Below, one piece after another: positions 48,636-58,507 of a stretch of DNA of 64,000 bases (positions within the stretch are counted from its first letter, which is position 1; every line of letters begins with the position of its first letter). The stretch is from Aigarchaeota archaeon (lineage in GTDB: Archaea > Thermoproteota > Nitrososphaeria_A > Caldarchaeales > Wolframiiraptoraceae), in the NCBI GenBank assembly GCA_025058515.1, contig JANXDW010000049.1, positions 2,588 to 66,587 of the forward strand, written 5' to 3'. The translations under genes were made by a program, and so were the position numbers. The notes beneath the pieces were generated by a model, which saw only the letters and a program-made list of their open reading frames with translations, was not told the origin of the DNA and did not search any database.

Positions 48636-49493
48636 TTGTGTCTGATGAAGATCGGGATAGTATATGATCTTATTAGATGGGAAGAGAGAGCTTTAATTGA
48701 TGCTGTCAAGAAGCTTGGGCATGATCTAGTACCCATACAAGTAAATAGGAAAGTATTCTGGTTGACTGAACCAAATGGCTTCAGTGAACTCGACTTCGCA
48801 ATCCAAAGATGTGTTAGCTTCTATAGAGCACTAGCATCTACAGCTATCCTAGAAGAACAAGGGGTAACTGTAGTAAATAGTTTCAATATCATAAGAGATT
48901 GTGAAGATAAACTGTATACAACACTTAAACTCTCTAGAAATAAGATACCTGTCCCTAAGACCGCTGTCTCTTTCAATAGAGAAACTTGTTTAAATATTGC
49001 CGAGAAGCTCGGGTACCCATTAATAGTTAAGCCAATATTTGGTAGCTGGGGTAGAATGGTGAGTAGAGCATTAGATAAAGATAGTCTACTAGAGATATTA
49101 GATTTTAGAGAATACATGCAGAGCCCATACTTTAAAGTACACTATCTACAAGAATACATTGATAAACCGAGTAGAGATATTAGAGCATTCTACTTCTGGG
49201 AAGAGGTTCCAGCAGCAATATATAGAGTAAGCAATAGTTGGAAGACCAATACAGCATTAGGTGGAGTAGCAGTAGAAGCTGAACTAAGTAATGAGTTGAT
49301 AGAATTAGTTAAGAGGTCTGGAGATGTTATGGGTGGCGGGATCCTCGGTATCGATATACTAGAATCAAAAGATGGAAGATACTTTATTAGCGAGGTAAAC
49401 GCTATACCTGAGTTTAGAAATACGGTTAGAGTAACAGGAAAAGATCTAGCTAGATTGATGATCGAACTGACTATCAAGAATATAAAACAATAA
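48636..49493 (+). CDS. argX: Second RimK-family ATP-grasp LysW-ligase (ArgX/LysX paralog)
   Basis: MKIGIVYDLIRWEERALIDAVKKLGHDL… ATP-grasp; …GYPLIVKPIFGSWGRMV…; immediately downstream of lysW. Confidence 0.7.
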   Translation: MCLMKIGIVYDLIRWEERALIDAVKKLGHDLVPIQVNRKVFWLTEPNGFSELDFAIQRCVSFYRALASTAILEEQGVTVVNSFNIIRDCEDKLYTTLKLSRNKIPVPKTAVSFNRETCLNIAEKLGYPLIVKPIFGSWGRMVSRALDKDSLLEILDFREYMQSPYFKVHYLQEYIDKPSRDIRAFYFWEEVPAAIYRVSNSWKTNTALGGVAVEAELSNELIELVKRSGDVMGGGILGIDILESKDGRYFISEVNAIPEFRNTVRVTGKDLARLMIELTIKNIKQ

Positions 49494-49557
49494 CTTTATC
49501 TTGACCAAGTATTTCTTATCAATAGATATTAAACATCATATTTAAGAGGTTTATGAA

Positions 49558-50655
49558 ATGTCTGAAGATAATATTATCAAAGCTAAGAATCTCCTCATAG
49601 ATCTAGTGAAGACATATGCTCCTACTGGACATGAGTATAGGTTAGAACCTGTACTGAGAAAGTGGTCGAATGAACTTGGATACGATGAATTCTACATAGA
49701 TGAAGTGGGAAACATATTTCTCAGATGCGGTTCAGGTAACAGAACAATACTCTTAGCAAGCCATCTAGATACGGTCCCCGGAGAGTTGGATGTAAAGATA
49801 GATGGAGATACAGTTTGGGGTAGAGGAGCCGTTGATGCAAGAGGTCCTCTAGCAGCTTTTATTCTAGGAGCCGTATGGGGTAGTTTTGAAAGATCTAACT
49901 CTAGAGTATACGTTGCAGGCTTGGTCCAAGAAGAAGGTAGCGGATTAGGTGCAAGGCATCTAGTAGAGAATAATTTTAAGGCTGATCATATTATAGTCGG
50001 TGAACCTACAAACTTAGGGATAGCTATAGCTTACCGTGGAAGTATCTCTCTCCGAATCTCATCGAATACTATCGGTGGGCATAGCTCTGCCCCATATATA
50101 GGTGAGTCAGCTTTAGACAAGCTACTCCAATTCATAGATCTATTAAAGAATAGATTTAATGGGGCAAGCTATGAAGAAGTATCTTATGCTGTAACATTTA
50201 TTAGAGCTGGAGAATGGTTTGGAAGCCTACCAGAGACGGGGGAAGCCTACATCAATATAAGATATCCTCCAAGATTTAATTCTAGAGATATTATTGAAGA
50301 ACTTGAGAGTTTTGCAAGAGTAACTGGAATTGAACTTCAAATTGGTAGCATAGATAAACCTGTTGAAGTTAGTGTGAATGTAGAAGTTGTTAGAGCGTTG
50401 GTAAAGAGTTTCTTAAAGATGGGTATGAAGCCGAGGATAGTTAAGAAGACGGGTACGAGCGATATGAATACACTTGTAGATATCTCTAAGAGTATTGCTG
50501 GTTTTGGACCTGGAGATTCTAAGCTAGCTCATACTCGCTACGAGAAGATAAGTATAGATGATGTTATTCTAGGAGCGAGGATCATCTCGAATACATTACT
50601 AGAGTTATCTAGCGTTGGATTAAATCGAGATAATCTAAGAGATCCAGTTCTCTAA
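49558..50655 (+). CDS. lysK: [LysW]-lysine/ornithine hydrolase (M20 peptidase, ArgE/LysK)
   Basis: M20 metal-binding motifs (SHLDTVPGE, …GRGAVDARG…, …GEPTN…). Confidence 0.7.
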   Translation: MSEDNIIKAKNLLIDLVKTYAPTGHEYRLEPVLRKWSNELGYDEFYIDEVGNIFLRCGSGNRTILLASHLDTVPGELDVKIDGDTVWGRGAVDARGPLAAFILGAVWGSFERSNSRVYVAGLVQEEGSGLGARHLVENNFKADHIIVGEPTNLGIAIAYRGSISLRISSNTIGGHSSAPYIGESALDKLLQFIDLLKNRFNGASYEEVSYAVTFIRAGEWFGSLPETGEAYINIRYPPRFNSRDIIEELESFARVTGIELQIGSIDKPVEVSVNVEVVRALVKSFLKMGMKPRIVKKTGTSDMNTLVDISKSIAGFGPGDSKLAHTRYEKISIDDVILGARIISNTLLELSSVGLNRDNLRDPVL

Positions 50656-52480
50656 TCTTCCCACTTGTTGGTACTCCATCAATACTCCACCCTCTTAATC
50701 TATAATAATCCTCTAACATCTTCAAGTAATCATCCCGGTTTACCTTTTCGTTAGATGAGCCCCCAAACTTCAAAGGCTCGGAAAAGATTCTTTCTGGAAG
50801 CATGTCATCTTCTTTCTTTAACCCTTCTCTTATATTGTATAACCTAATTAGATTGTTTATAACCTCTCCATTCTTTCTTAAATCGCTTGGGCTAACCTTC
50901 TTACCAGTAGCAATATAGTAGATCTCAGCAACTTCTTTCCATAGTAGTGGTCCAATTACTGGAAGTGCGTAGAACTTGCATAATATCAAGCTATCGATGA
51001 TAGCGTAGAAATCTTCTAACTCTAATACATATTCTACGTGCCCATCATATGAGAATCTATTAACCTTAACATCTGGGTTGAATGGATGTATTCCGACGAG
51101 GTTAGGTCTATATGCGACATGCCTTAGATGACATGCACCACGTGCTGAGACACCATATGCTAGGGCCACACCTTTGAGAGCTCTAGGATCATATCCTGGA
51201 AACTCTAAGCCTTTTACATGTACAGCATGTTTCTCAGCTTTAAGTATCTCTGCAGCTCTCTTAACACCTTCTGCGAGAACATCTCCTAAACCTCTCCTAT
51301 AAGCGATCATCTCAAACATCTTCAACATAGCATCACCATCTCCAAACTTTAACCATCCATCTGTAAGCAAGCCCTTCTCAACTAAGTACATAGCGAAAGC
51401 TACAGCATTCCCTGCAGATATTGTATCCATCCCCAGCTTATTTGCTATATTATTCGCTTTAATAATAAGTTCTAGATTATCAACATATGTAAGTGGACCG
51501 AGAGCGAAAAGCGTTTCATATTCTGGTCCTACGACTCCTGTTTCACCCGATATCTCTGAATGTCTCCCACAAGCAACTGGGCAGAAGTAACATGTAGCCT
51601 TCTTCTTTACGTAAATTTTATTGAATGTCTCAGGTCCTACTTTTTCATATCCTTGGAAACTTCCCCCTTCATAATATCTTGTAGGTAGAGAGCCTGTTGT
51701 ATTTGTTAAAGACATTATAGCTGAAGTACCGAATTTTGTAAGTCCTTGGAGTTTCTCTCTAGCTAGTTTAGTTACTTTACTCCTAAACTCGTTAAGGTTC
51801 TCAGTAATCGTTGACTCAACCTTATACTCTCCATGTATAGCTATTGCCTTCAGCTTCTTGCTACCCATTACTGCTCCTCCACCCGTCCTACCGAAGAACC
51901 CTCCCCTAAAATTCTTCTTCTCATGCATATAGAGTCCATGAACTATGCATGCATATCTCACTAAGTTCTCTCCAGCTGGTCCTATGGTGAGAGTCATTAT
52001 CTCTCCAAGTTCTCTCCATAATTCTTTTTCTGTTTCATATGCATCAAGCCCCCATAGATGAGATGCGTCTTTAATCTCTACTACTCCATCTTTAATAAGT
52101 AAATAAACAGGATTACTAGATAATCCTCTTACCACAAATCCATCGAGACCAGCTTTAGCCAACTCTACACCAATATATCCTCCACAAAATGATTCTCCGA
52201 AGAATCCTGTTAGAGGAGATTTGAAGACTGCGCACATCCTTGCATCGCTCGGTGTGGTTAGACCTTCTACTGGACCTATGGTAAAGATCAATAAGTTCTC
52301 AGGCGATAGAGGATCTACTCTAGGAGGAGTATTATCTATTAAGAGTTTAACTCCTAGACCAACTCCACCGATAAATTTTCCATAGATAGATTCACTTAAT
52401 TGAAGATACTTTACTGTTCTCTTAGATAGATCTACTAAAGCTATCTTATTCCAGTATCCTTTCTCTCTAATCATGGGCAT
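50609..52480 (-). CDS. aor: Tungsten-containing aldehyde:ferredoxin oxidoreductase (AOR family)
   Basis: N-terminal MPMIREKGYWNKIALVDLSKRTVKYLQLSESIYGKFIGGVGLGVKLL is characteristic of the AOR family; 623 aa. Confidence 0.85.
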   Translation of the reverse strand: MPMIREKGYWNKIALVDLSKRTVKYLQLSESIYGKFIGGVGLGVKLLIDNTPPRVDPLSPENLLIFTIGPVEGLTTPSDARMCAVFKSPLTGFFGESFCGGYIGVELAKAGLDGFVVRGLSSNPVYLLIKDGVVEIKDASHLWGLDAYETEKELWRELGEIMTLTIGPAGENLVRYACIVHGLYMHEKKNFRGGFFGRTGGGAVMGSKKLKAIAIHGEYKVESTITENLNEFRSKVTKLAREKLQGLTKFGTSAIMSLTNTTGSLPTRYYEGGSFQGYEKVGPETFNKIYVKKKATCYFCPVACGRHSEISGETGVVGPEYETLFALGPLTYVDNLELIIKANNIANKLGMDTISAGNAVAFAMYLVEKGLLTDGWLKFGDGDAMLKMFEMIAYRRGLGDVLAEGVKRAAEILKAEKHAVHVKGLEFPGYDPRALKGVALAYGVSARGACHLRHVAYRPNLVGIHPFNPDVKVNRFSYDGHVEYVLELEDFYAIIDSLILCKFYALPVIGPLLWKEVAEIYYIATGKKVSPSDLRKNGEVINNLIRLYNIREGLKKEDDMLPERIFSEPLKFGGSSNEKVNRDDYLKMLEDYYRLRGWSIDGVPTSGKIRELDLLDYLDLIQR

Positions 52481-52604
52481 ACAGTCAATACTTCTTAAAA
52501 CTATTATAATTAGTTTACGATTTAACTTGATAAAGATGTTTTCGTTTACTCTTTCTCAAAATCTTCTCAAGCATGAAGTCAGCATCTCTCTCTACATAGT
52601 GTAG

Positions 52605-53990
52605 TTAGGATAGAATCGGTGGTTCTGGCAGTCTACCTATTATCTTCTCAAAATGTTTAGCTATCTTTAATAATAGTTTATCTTGATTAGGTTTAGTAGC
52701 TATCTGTAATCCTACTGGGAGCTTGTTCTCTGTCAAGCCGCATGGGATAGTGATTGCTGGGTTGCCTAGAGAATTGAATGCTTCAGTTAAAGATAATAAT
52801 GCACGCCTAACACCCATCTTCTCTCCTTTAATAACAACTTCTTCATCTTCTACTCTAGGAGCTTCTATTGGAACAGTAGGAAGAATTATTCCATCTAACT
52901 TTTTCTCCTCCATGAGATGTAAGAACTTTTTCTTCAAGGTGTTCCTAATTTTCTGAGCACGTATGTATACGGGAGCGGGGATGAACAAACCGCCGAGTAT
53001 TCTACCTCCAACATCTGGATCGTAATCGTTAAACTTGTTCCTTAACCATTTTAAATGATATGCAGCTGACTCTGATAGAACTATGATGTATCTTGTATCT
53101 GAGAGAACTTTAAACCAGTCAAGGTCGATCTCGATCAATCTTGTATCATAGGAGGTTATCTTATCTACGGACTTCCAGAATACTTCTTCAACATCTTCAG
53201 AAACCATCCTTTCAATAATCTTTCTCGGCAACCCTATTCTCCACTCACTATTAGTATTTTCTTCAGTTATGTTTGTAAGATCGAGTTTTTTATCTGTTAA
53301 TATATCTAATATTATCGCTACATCTTCTACACTCTTAGCGATAGGTCCAACTGTATCCAAGCTCCACGATAATGGGATAACTCCTTCTAAATTGATTAAA
53401 CCATATGTTGTCTTGTATCCTACTACACCGCAGAGGGCTGAAGGTATCCTAATGGATCCAGCTGTATCTGTTCCAAGTCCTCCAATACATATCCCTACAG
53501 AGACCGCTACAGCTGACCCTCCACTAGACCCCCCACTTATCCTCTCCACATTCCATGGATTTCTAGTAAAACCATAATGTGGATTCTTATTGGTAACTCC
53601 AAATGCAAATTCATGCATATTCGTCTTACCTATTATAACTACTCCAGCATCCTTTAATCTAGATACAGTTACCGCATCTTTACTAGGCTTAAAGTCTTTT
53701 AAGATCTTTGAACCACCTGTAGTCGGCATATCCTCTGTATAAAATGCATCTTTTACACCAAATGGTAATCCATGTAGAAGACCACGACATATTCCTTCTT
53801 CAAGTTCTCTCTCAAGTCTTTCAGCATATCTTAAAGCTTCTTCTCTAGCAATGTAGATAAACATTTTTAGAGTATTATCAAGTCTATCAATCTTCTTAAG
53901 AGATTCTTCAATAAGCCTAGTCGGCTTAATCTTGAGATTTTTAATATGCTGATGAATCTCTCTAATAGTCGCTTTTGCTAGATCAACCAT
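52605..53990 (-). CDS. Amidase-signature family protein (GatA-like)
   Basis: GGSSGGSAVAVS amidase signature and the …KTNMHEFAFG… motif; 461 aa. No gatB is nearby. Confidence 0.65.
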   Translation of the reverse strand: MVDLAKATIREIHQHIKNLKIKPTRLIEESLKKIDRLDNTLKMFIYIAREEALRYAERLERELEEGICRGLLHGLPFGVKDAFYTEDMPTTGGSKILKDFKPSKDAVTVSRLKDAGVVIIGKTNMHEFAFGVTNKNPHYGFTRNPWNVERISGGSSGGSAVAVSVGICIGGLGTDTAGSIRIPSALCGVVGYKTTYGLINLEGVIPLSWSLDTVGPIAKSVEDVAIILDILTDKKLDLTNITEENTNSEWRIGLPRKIIERMVSEDVEEVFWKSVDKITSYDTRLIEIDLDWFKVLSDTRYIIVLSESAAYHLKWLRNKFNDYDPDVGGRILGGLFIPAPVYIRAQKIRNTLKKKFLHLMEEKKLDGIILPTVPIEAPRVEDEEVVIKGEKMGVRRALLSLTEAFNSLGNPAITIPCGLTENKLPVGLQIATKPNQDKLLLKIAKHFEKIIGRLPEPPILS

Positions 53991-53992
53991 CT

Positions 53993-54142
53993 CTAAAACT
54001 CCTCCACTACATCTTCTAGCTCCTCTACTTCAAATTCAAGAATCTTAGAGTTCTCAATAAATTCAAGTATTCTCTCATAGGTTTTCTCTAAGAGTTCTTC
54101 CTGTACATCTAGCATATACACTCTCTTAATACTCTCTATCAT
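53993..54142 (-). CDS. Small acidic ORF (49 aa) immediately upstream of the amidase; GatC-like is possible but unsupported
   Basis: Manual translation gives MIESIKRVYMLDVQEELLEKTYERILEFIENSKILEFEVEELEDVVEEF*. Its stop is 2 nt before the amidase start. Confidence 0.2.
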   Translation of the reverse strand: MIESIKRVYMLDVQEELLEKTYERILEFIENSKILEFEVEELEDVVEEF

Positions 54143-54159
54143 TCTCAGTAACACTTAGT

Positions 54160-55509
54160 CTATTCTCTTCTTTCTGGTATTTCTTCTTTAACTGGGATTA
54201 CCTTAATATAGTCATTGCAAATCTCGATGACGACCTTCCCGCCTTCTTTAATATTCAACTTCTCTACAGCTTCTTTCGGTATAGTTATCCTTCTACCCGA
54301 TAATATCTTCTGAGCTTTACCATTTTTAGAATTTTCAATCTTCTCTTCTCCTGAAGAAGGATTGGTAGGCTGAATGGTAGATGGGGGAGGTGGAGGTATC
54401 TTCTTCTTTCTTAAATTCATTATAAATAAGCTTGCACCTACAGCTGCGACAGCAGCTGTCTGAGCATATAGAATACTCTTAGTCAAAGTATTTTCATTGG
54501 ATGTAGATATGTAGACTAAGTTAAGCTCATCTATTTGTTTTTGTTTTTCTTTAACTGTTTCTTCTAAATTTTCAATTGTTTCTTCAAGTCGACCTATAGT
54601 ACTGATGCTCCCCTCATATCTACTTTTGAGATCATTATATCTCTCTGAAAGGTCTTGGTGGACACCTCGAAGCTTATGATACTCTTCAGAGAGTAGGCGG
54701 TAATCTTCTCTTAATGAATCGTAGTTTGATTGAAGCCTCTCATTATTCTTCATTAAATTATCAAACGATGTTCTAAGCTTCTCATAATCTATCAACAATT
54801 GTCTGTAATCTTCATTCAACTTTGTGTATTCTTTCTCTAGGTTACCATATTTCTGCTGAATTAGATTGTATTCTTCTCGAAGCTTTAGGTAGTTATCTTT
54901 AAGAGAGCCATAGTTAGAAGATAGTTCACTGTAACTTTTAGATAAGCTACTCAGCTCATTCTTCAGATTCTCTATAAGAGACTGTAAGCTACTAATTCTT
55001 TTCTCGAGATCTCTGATCTCTCTCCTAGCTTCACTTAACTTAGAGGCTAATTCATCATACGTCATCTCTCTCACAGTCGACATATACCATTCTGTTGAGA
55101 GAGTCTCTTCATCTCCACCATCTAGACTGTATTCTGCGTAGATCTTTCCTTCGAGGAATGGGTCGGGTCTACGTGGAGTAGGTATACATATCTCAATGTT
55201 CTTGCTATATGTCCAACTACTTGTAACAACTTGCGACTCGATTAGAACTCGATCGTAGAGCACCTCTGTAACTCCATCTCTATACAGTTTTATTTTTACC
55301 TGTATCTTTTCTATCGTAAGAGTTTTGAATGCTTGAGCTTCAAACCTAAATAGATAACATGAGCTGATCTTTACTTCAGGTGGATAGTATAAGGAGATTC
55401 TAATATTCTCATCTTCTAGTATTGCGTTGTAAGCTTCTCCGTTAACTGGGGTCAAACCTACAGAGGTCGTCAAGACTGCTAGAACTAAGATTATGGCCAA
55501 TCTATGCAT
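54160..55509 (-). CDS. Membrane-anchored coiled-coil repeat protein with C-terminal AbrB/SpoVT-like domain
   Basis: Signal peptide MHRLAIILVLAVLTTSVGL, then a beta-rich domain. A roughly 200-aa array of YxxL-type coiled-coil repeats follows. A TM helix ILYAQTAAVAAVGASLFIMNL follows the repeats. The tail is RKKKIPPPPPS then a C-terminal GRRITIPKEAVEKLNIKEGGKVVIEICNDYIKVIPV swapped-hairpin motif. Confidence 0.45.
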   Translation of the reverse strand: MHRLAIILVLAVLTTSVGLTPVNGEAYNAILEDENIRISLYYPPEVKISSCYLFRFEAQAFKTLTIEKIQVKIKLYRDGVTEVLYDRVLIESQVVTSSWTYSKNIEICIPTPRRPDPFLEGKIYAEYSLDGGDEETLSTEWYMSTVREMTYDELASKLSEARREIRDLEKRISSLQSLIENLKNELSSLSKSYSELSSNYGSLKDNYLKLREEYNLIQQKYGNLEKEYTKLNEDYRQLLIDYEKLRTSFDNLMKNNERLQSNYDSLREDYRLLSEEYHKLRGVHQDLSERYNDLKSRYEGSISTIGRLEETIENLEETVKEKQKQIDELNLVYISTSNENTLTKSILYAQTAAVAAVGASLFIMNLRKKKIPPPPPSTIQPTNPSSGEEKIENSKNGKAQKILSGRRITIPKEAVEKLNIKEGGKVVIEICNDYIKVIPVKEEIPERRE

Positions 55510-55586
55510 GTTAATAATATTACCACAGAGGTTAATAACTCTTAATTTTGGAGGAAGTAACTACAACTGCTACAGAAAAGATACAA

Positions 55587-56093
55587 TTAACGTTCAAGCA
55601 TATTCTTAACTTCTTCTAAAAGACTCCAAATCTTATCATTCACGTAGTGGATGTTCTTAGCAACCTTCCCCTTAACTATCGATCTAAATTCTTCATAATC
55701 TACTAATAACTTAACTATTGCTAAAGGCTTCCTATTCCTCTCATCTCTAACTACAAGAAGGCTATCCTTCTTAAATACTCCATGTACTTCTCTTACTCCA
55801 GGTCTCATTACATCTGCTCCATTAACTATATGAGAGACAGCTCCCATATCTACAATAATGTAGGACATGTTGTCCAGTATCTTACCGCTGAACTCTTCTC
55901 TTAAAGTTGGAAAAAGCAAATTTGACTTCTCAAGTAGAACTAATCCTCCAATCTTGTATATCGATAGATCATCAACCTCTATCTTAAAAATTGTCTTAAC
56001 ATTATCTTCAAGTATATTTGAGAGCCACTCTACTTCCTTTAACTTTTTTAAAAGTTTAACTGTTTCTGATTTACTTAAATAGTTAGCTTTCAA
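55587..56093 (-). CDS. PUA-domain protein (Nip7-like)
   Basis: C-terminal …IIVDMGAVSHIVNGADVMRPGV…PLAIVKLLVDYEEF matches a PUA domain; 168 aa. Confidence 0.45.
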   Translation of the reverse strand: MKANYLSKSETVKLLKKLKEVEWLSNILEDNVKTIFKIEVDDLSIYKIGGLVLLEKSNLLFPTLREEFSGKILDNMSYIIVDMGAVSHIVNGADVMRPGVREVHGVFKKDSLLVVRDERNRKPLAIVKLLVDYEEFRSIVKGKVAKNIHYVNDKIWSLLEEVKNMLER

Positions 56094-56107
56094 CCTACTA
56101 CTACTCT

Positions 56108-56674
56108 CTAGTATCTAGATTTAAAATGTTTCTTATTTATGAGATATTGATAAGCTTCATCTAGGTCTTTTATCCTCTTGATGTTTTTACCTTCATCCAA
56201 CTCTCTATTCCAAGGTTGATCATAAATGAGCAAGATCTTCTCTTTATCTTTTAATGCTCTCGCTAGTAATGGTGAATCATCAATATATACATCATATTCT
56301 AGTACTGCTTTATCTTCTGTATCTTTTACCCATACATAATTATCATATGGTATCTCGTGTTTAGCTAACCAGTTTAAAGCATAGATCTCTGTCTCCTTAG
56401 ACCTTGCTGTCACTATATCCAGTCTACCTAGACTTCTTAGTTTAAAGAGTTTTTCTCTTATTTTATCTTCAGTTGGAGGTATCTCAGTCCATCGAATCCA
56501 TGCTCTATTTAGGAATTTAAGAAAAGTTTTCTCATCGATGTTTAATCTTTTCCAGAAGAACCATTCATCTATCTCTTCAAATCTTATATTCTGACCAGTC
56601 TCTTCATTCCAAACATCCAGTAATACTTTAAGAGAGTTAGCGATCACGCCATCTAGGTCTACAGCAATAAGCAT
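56108..56674 (-). CDS. HAD-superfamily 5'(3')-deoxyribonucleotidase-like (NT5C family)
   Basis: MLIAVDLDGVIAN has the DxDG HAD motif I; overall NT5C-like pattern; 188 aa. Confidence 0.45.
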   Translation of the reverse strand: MLIAVDLDGVIANSLKVLLDVWNEETGQNIRFEEIDEWFFWKRLNIDEKTFLKFLNRAWIRWTEIPPTEDKIREKLFKLRSLGRLDIVTARSKETEIYALNWLAKHEIPYDNYVWVKDTEDKAVLEYDVYIDDSPLLARALKDKEKILLIYDQPWNRELDEGKNIKRIKDLDEAYQYLINKKHFKSRY

Positions 56675-56840
56675 TTCTGAACATCGTCAAGCTAACTCGG
56701 TTATAAACTTAACTAGATTCTAATAATCTATTGTAAAAATTTTCCATAAGATTGTTGGAAACCCTACTGTTAGAATTTCTCATAGACTTTTCAGAGGGAC
56801 TCTTTACAATTGTATTTAGAAGGTTTTCTCTTTATACTAG

Positions 56841-57446
56841 TTACTTAATTTTTGCTAAGAATTGTAAGATCTCTGTTAAATAGTCTGTCTTCTCTAGTTC
56901 ACTAATCCAGTCTACGTCTGTATGTAGATCTCTAATATTCATCGAGCTGATAGCTAGAGAAACATCTCGGGATAAACGTTCTAGATCTTTACCCGTCACA
57001 TCTAACTGGACTACCTTTCTTCTACCATACTTCACTATCGCTTCATGTAGAGGTTTATCAATAATCTCTGCAGAGATATTCTCAGCTATCTTCCATTCTG
57101 GATAACCTCTTTCGAGAAGTCTCTTCATCAACTCATCTGGTCTAAGTCTAAGAACCAATACAAGTTTAATAGATATATTACGAGGTTTAATAGGATATAT
57201 AGAAGCGATCACGGATTGCTTGCCTCTAATAAAAGATCCTAAACAATTCGATAGCCTCCTTAGATCTACTACATATTCTTTAGAATCCTCGTCAAAGTAT
57301 TCGTAAAGCTTCATCTCTTCAATAAATCTTGGAATATCGATGAATTCTAATTTTAAGTGTTCTGCTAATCTAGAGCCGAAGGATGTTTTCCCCACGCATG
57401 CAACTCCAGTAACTATTAGAGCCCAGCTCTTAAATGATCTATTCAA
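56841..57446 (-). CDS. Fap7/adenylate kinase 6-like P-loop NTPase
   Basis: P-loop GVACVGKTS. …VLRLRPDELMKRLLERGYPEWKIAENISAEI… matches the AK6/Fap7 C-terminal signature (RGY…K…N…EI). Confidence 0.55.
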   Translation of the reverse strand: MNRSFKSWALIVTGVACVGKTSFGSRLAEHLKLEFIDIPRFIEEMKLYEYFDEDSKEYVVDLRRLSNCLGSFIRGKQSVIASIYPIKPRNISIKLVLVLRLRPDELMKRLLERGYPEWKIAENISAEIIDKPLHEAIVKYGRRKVVQLDVTGKDLERLSRDVSLAISSMNIRDLHTDVDWISELEKTDYLTEILQFLAKIK

Positions 57447-57453
57447 ACAAGTT

Positions 57454-58296
57454 TCACTGTATCTTTGCTCTTGGATAAGAACCCAGAACCTTCAGGAATA
57501 ATGTCTTTTTACTTAAAGAATCTAAAGCTTCTTGTATTATCGGGTTCCTCCTATGTCCTTCAAAATCTATGTAAAAATAGTATTCAAATGGTCTATGCTT
57601 TGTAGGTCTAGACTCTATCTTCGTTAAATTTATTTCTCTAATAGCGAACTCCTCTAGAGCACGGTAGAGTGAGCCTGGAATATGAGGTAGAGAGAAAATT
57701 ATAGATGTCTTATCTTCTCCAGTTGGTTCAGCATCCCTCTCTCCAATAACTAGAAATCTTGTATAATTTCTACCATAATCTTCTATCTGCCTATCTAGGA
57801 TCTTCATACCGTAAATCTGAGCGGCTCTCTCGCTAGCTATAGCAGCAGTATCGAGAAGCTTCTCTTCAAATATCTTTCTTACACTTCCAGCAGTATCGTA
57901 GCTCGGCACAACCTCAAACCTTTTACTCAAAAGATATATCCTACACTGTGCTAAAGCCTGTGGATGAGAGATTACCTTCTTTATCTTAATTGGATCTGCT
58001 TCTGGATGAGCTATCAAGCAATGGGTTACTTTAAGGTTTACTTCACCTGAAACCTTTAAACTTGTAGATAGAAGAAGGTCGTAGGTTTCATTGATAGATC
58101 CTTCAATGCTGTTCTCGAGTGGTACTACACCGTAGTCTGCTCCCCCCGCCTCCACTAAATTAAATACACTCGTTATATCTCTACATGTGATGAATTCTAC
58201 TTCTTGACCGAAGAACTGGATCGCAGCTTCTTCACTATAAGCTCCCCTCTCTCCTTGGAATGCTATCTTTAACTTCACATCATCACCTCTTCTCAA
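57454..58296 (-). CDS. pheA: Prephenate dehydratase
   Basis: IAFQGERGAYSEEAA; PDT domain plus a C-terminal ACT domain; 280 aa. Confidence 0.8.
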   Translation of the reverse strand: MRRGDDVKLKIAFQGERGAYSEEAAIQFFGQEVEFITCRDITSVFNLVEAGGADYGVVPLENSIEGSINETYDLLLSTSLKVSGEVNLKVTHCLIAHPEADPIKIKKVISHPQALAQCRIYLLSKRFEVVPSYDTAGSVRKIFEEKLLDTAAIASERAAQIYGMKILDRQIEDYGRNYTRFLVIGERDAEPTGEDKTSIIFSLPHIPGSLYRALEEFAIREINLTKIESRPTKHRPFEYYFYIDFEGHRRNPIIQEALDSLSKKTLFLKVLGSYPRAKIQ

Positions 58297-58505
58297 GACT
58301 TTGATAATACCTTCTTTAAACTCTTCTTATAGTATATTAATACTATGATGGACATCCACGATATTGCTATTATGGCCCATAGGATCAGTATTAACCAGAA
58401 TGGTTTAATCTCGAGGAGCTTAAAGGTTACAAGTAAAATTATCGGGGGGCCGGTCATTAATAATGCTAGTAATGAGGTTTCTTTAAAGAACTCTTTAAAA
58501 TCCAT
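58293..58505 (-). CDS. Small two-TM membrane protein
   Basis: 70-aa ORF with two hydrophobic helices; overlaps the pheA start by 4 nt. Confidence 0.3.
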   Translation of the reverse strand: MDFKEFFKETSLLALLMTGPPIILLVTFKLLEIKPFWLILILWAIIAISWMSIIVLIYYKKSLKKVLSKS

Positions 58506-58507
58506 CT

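Noticed and set aside
52605-53990. Calling the amidase specifically GatA of GatCAB
   Set aside because: Amidase-signature proteins are a large family. There is no gatB nearby, and the upstream micro-ORF is too short for GatC. The call is kept at the family level.
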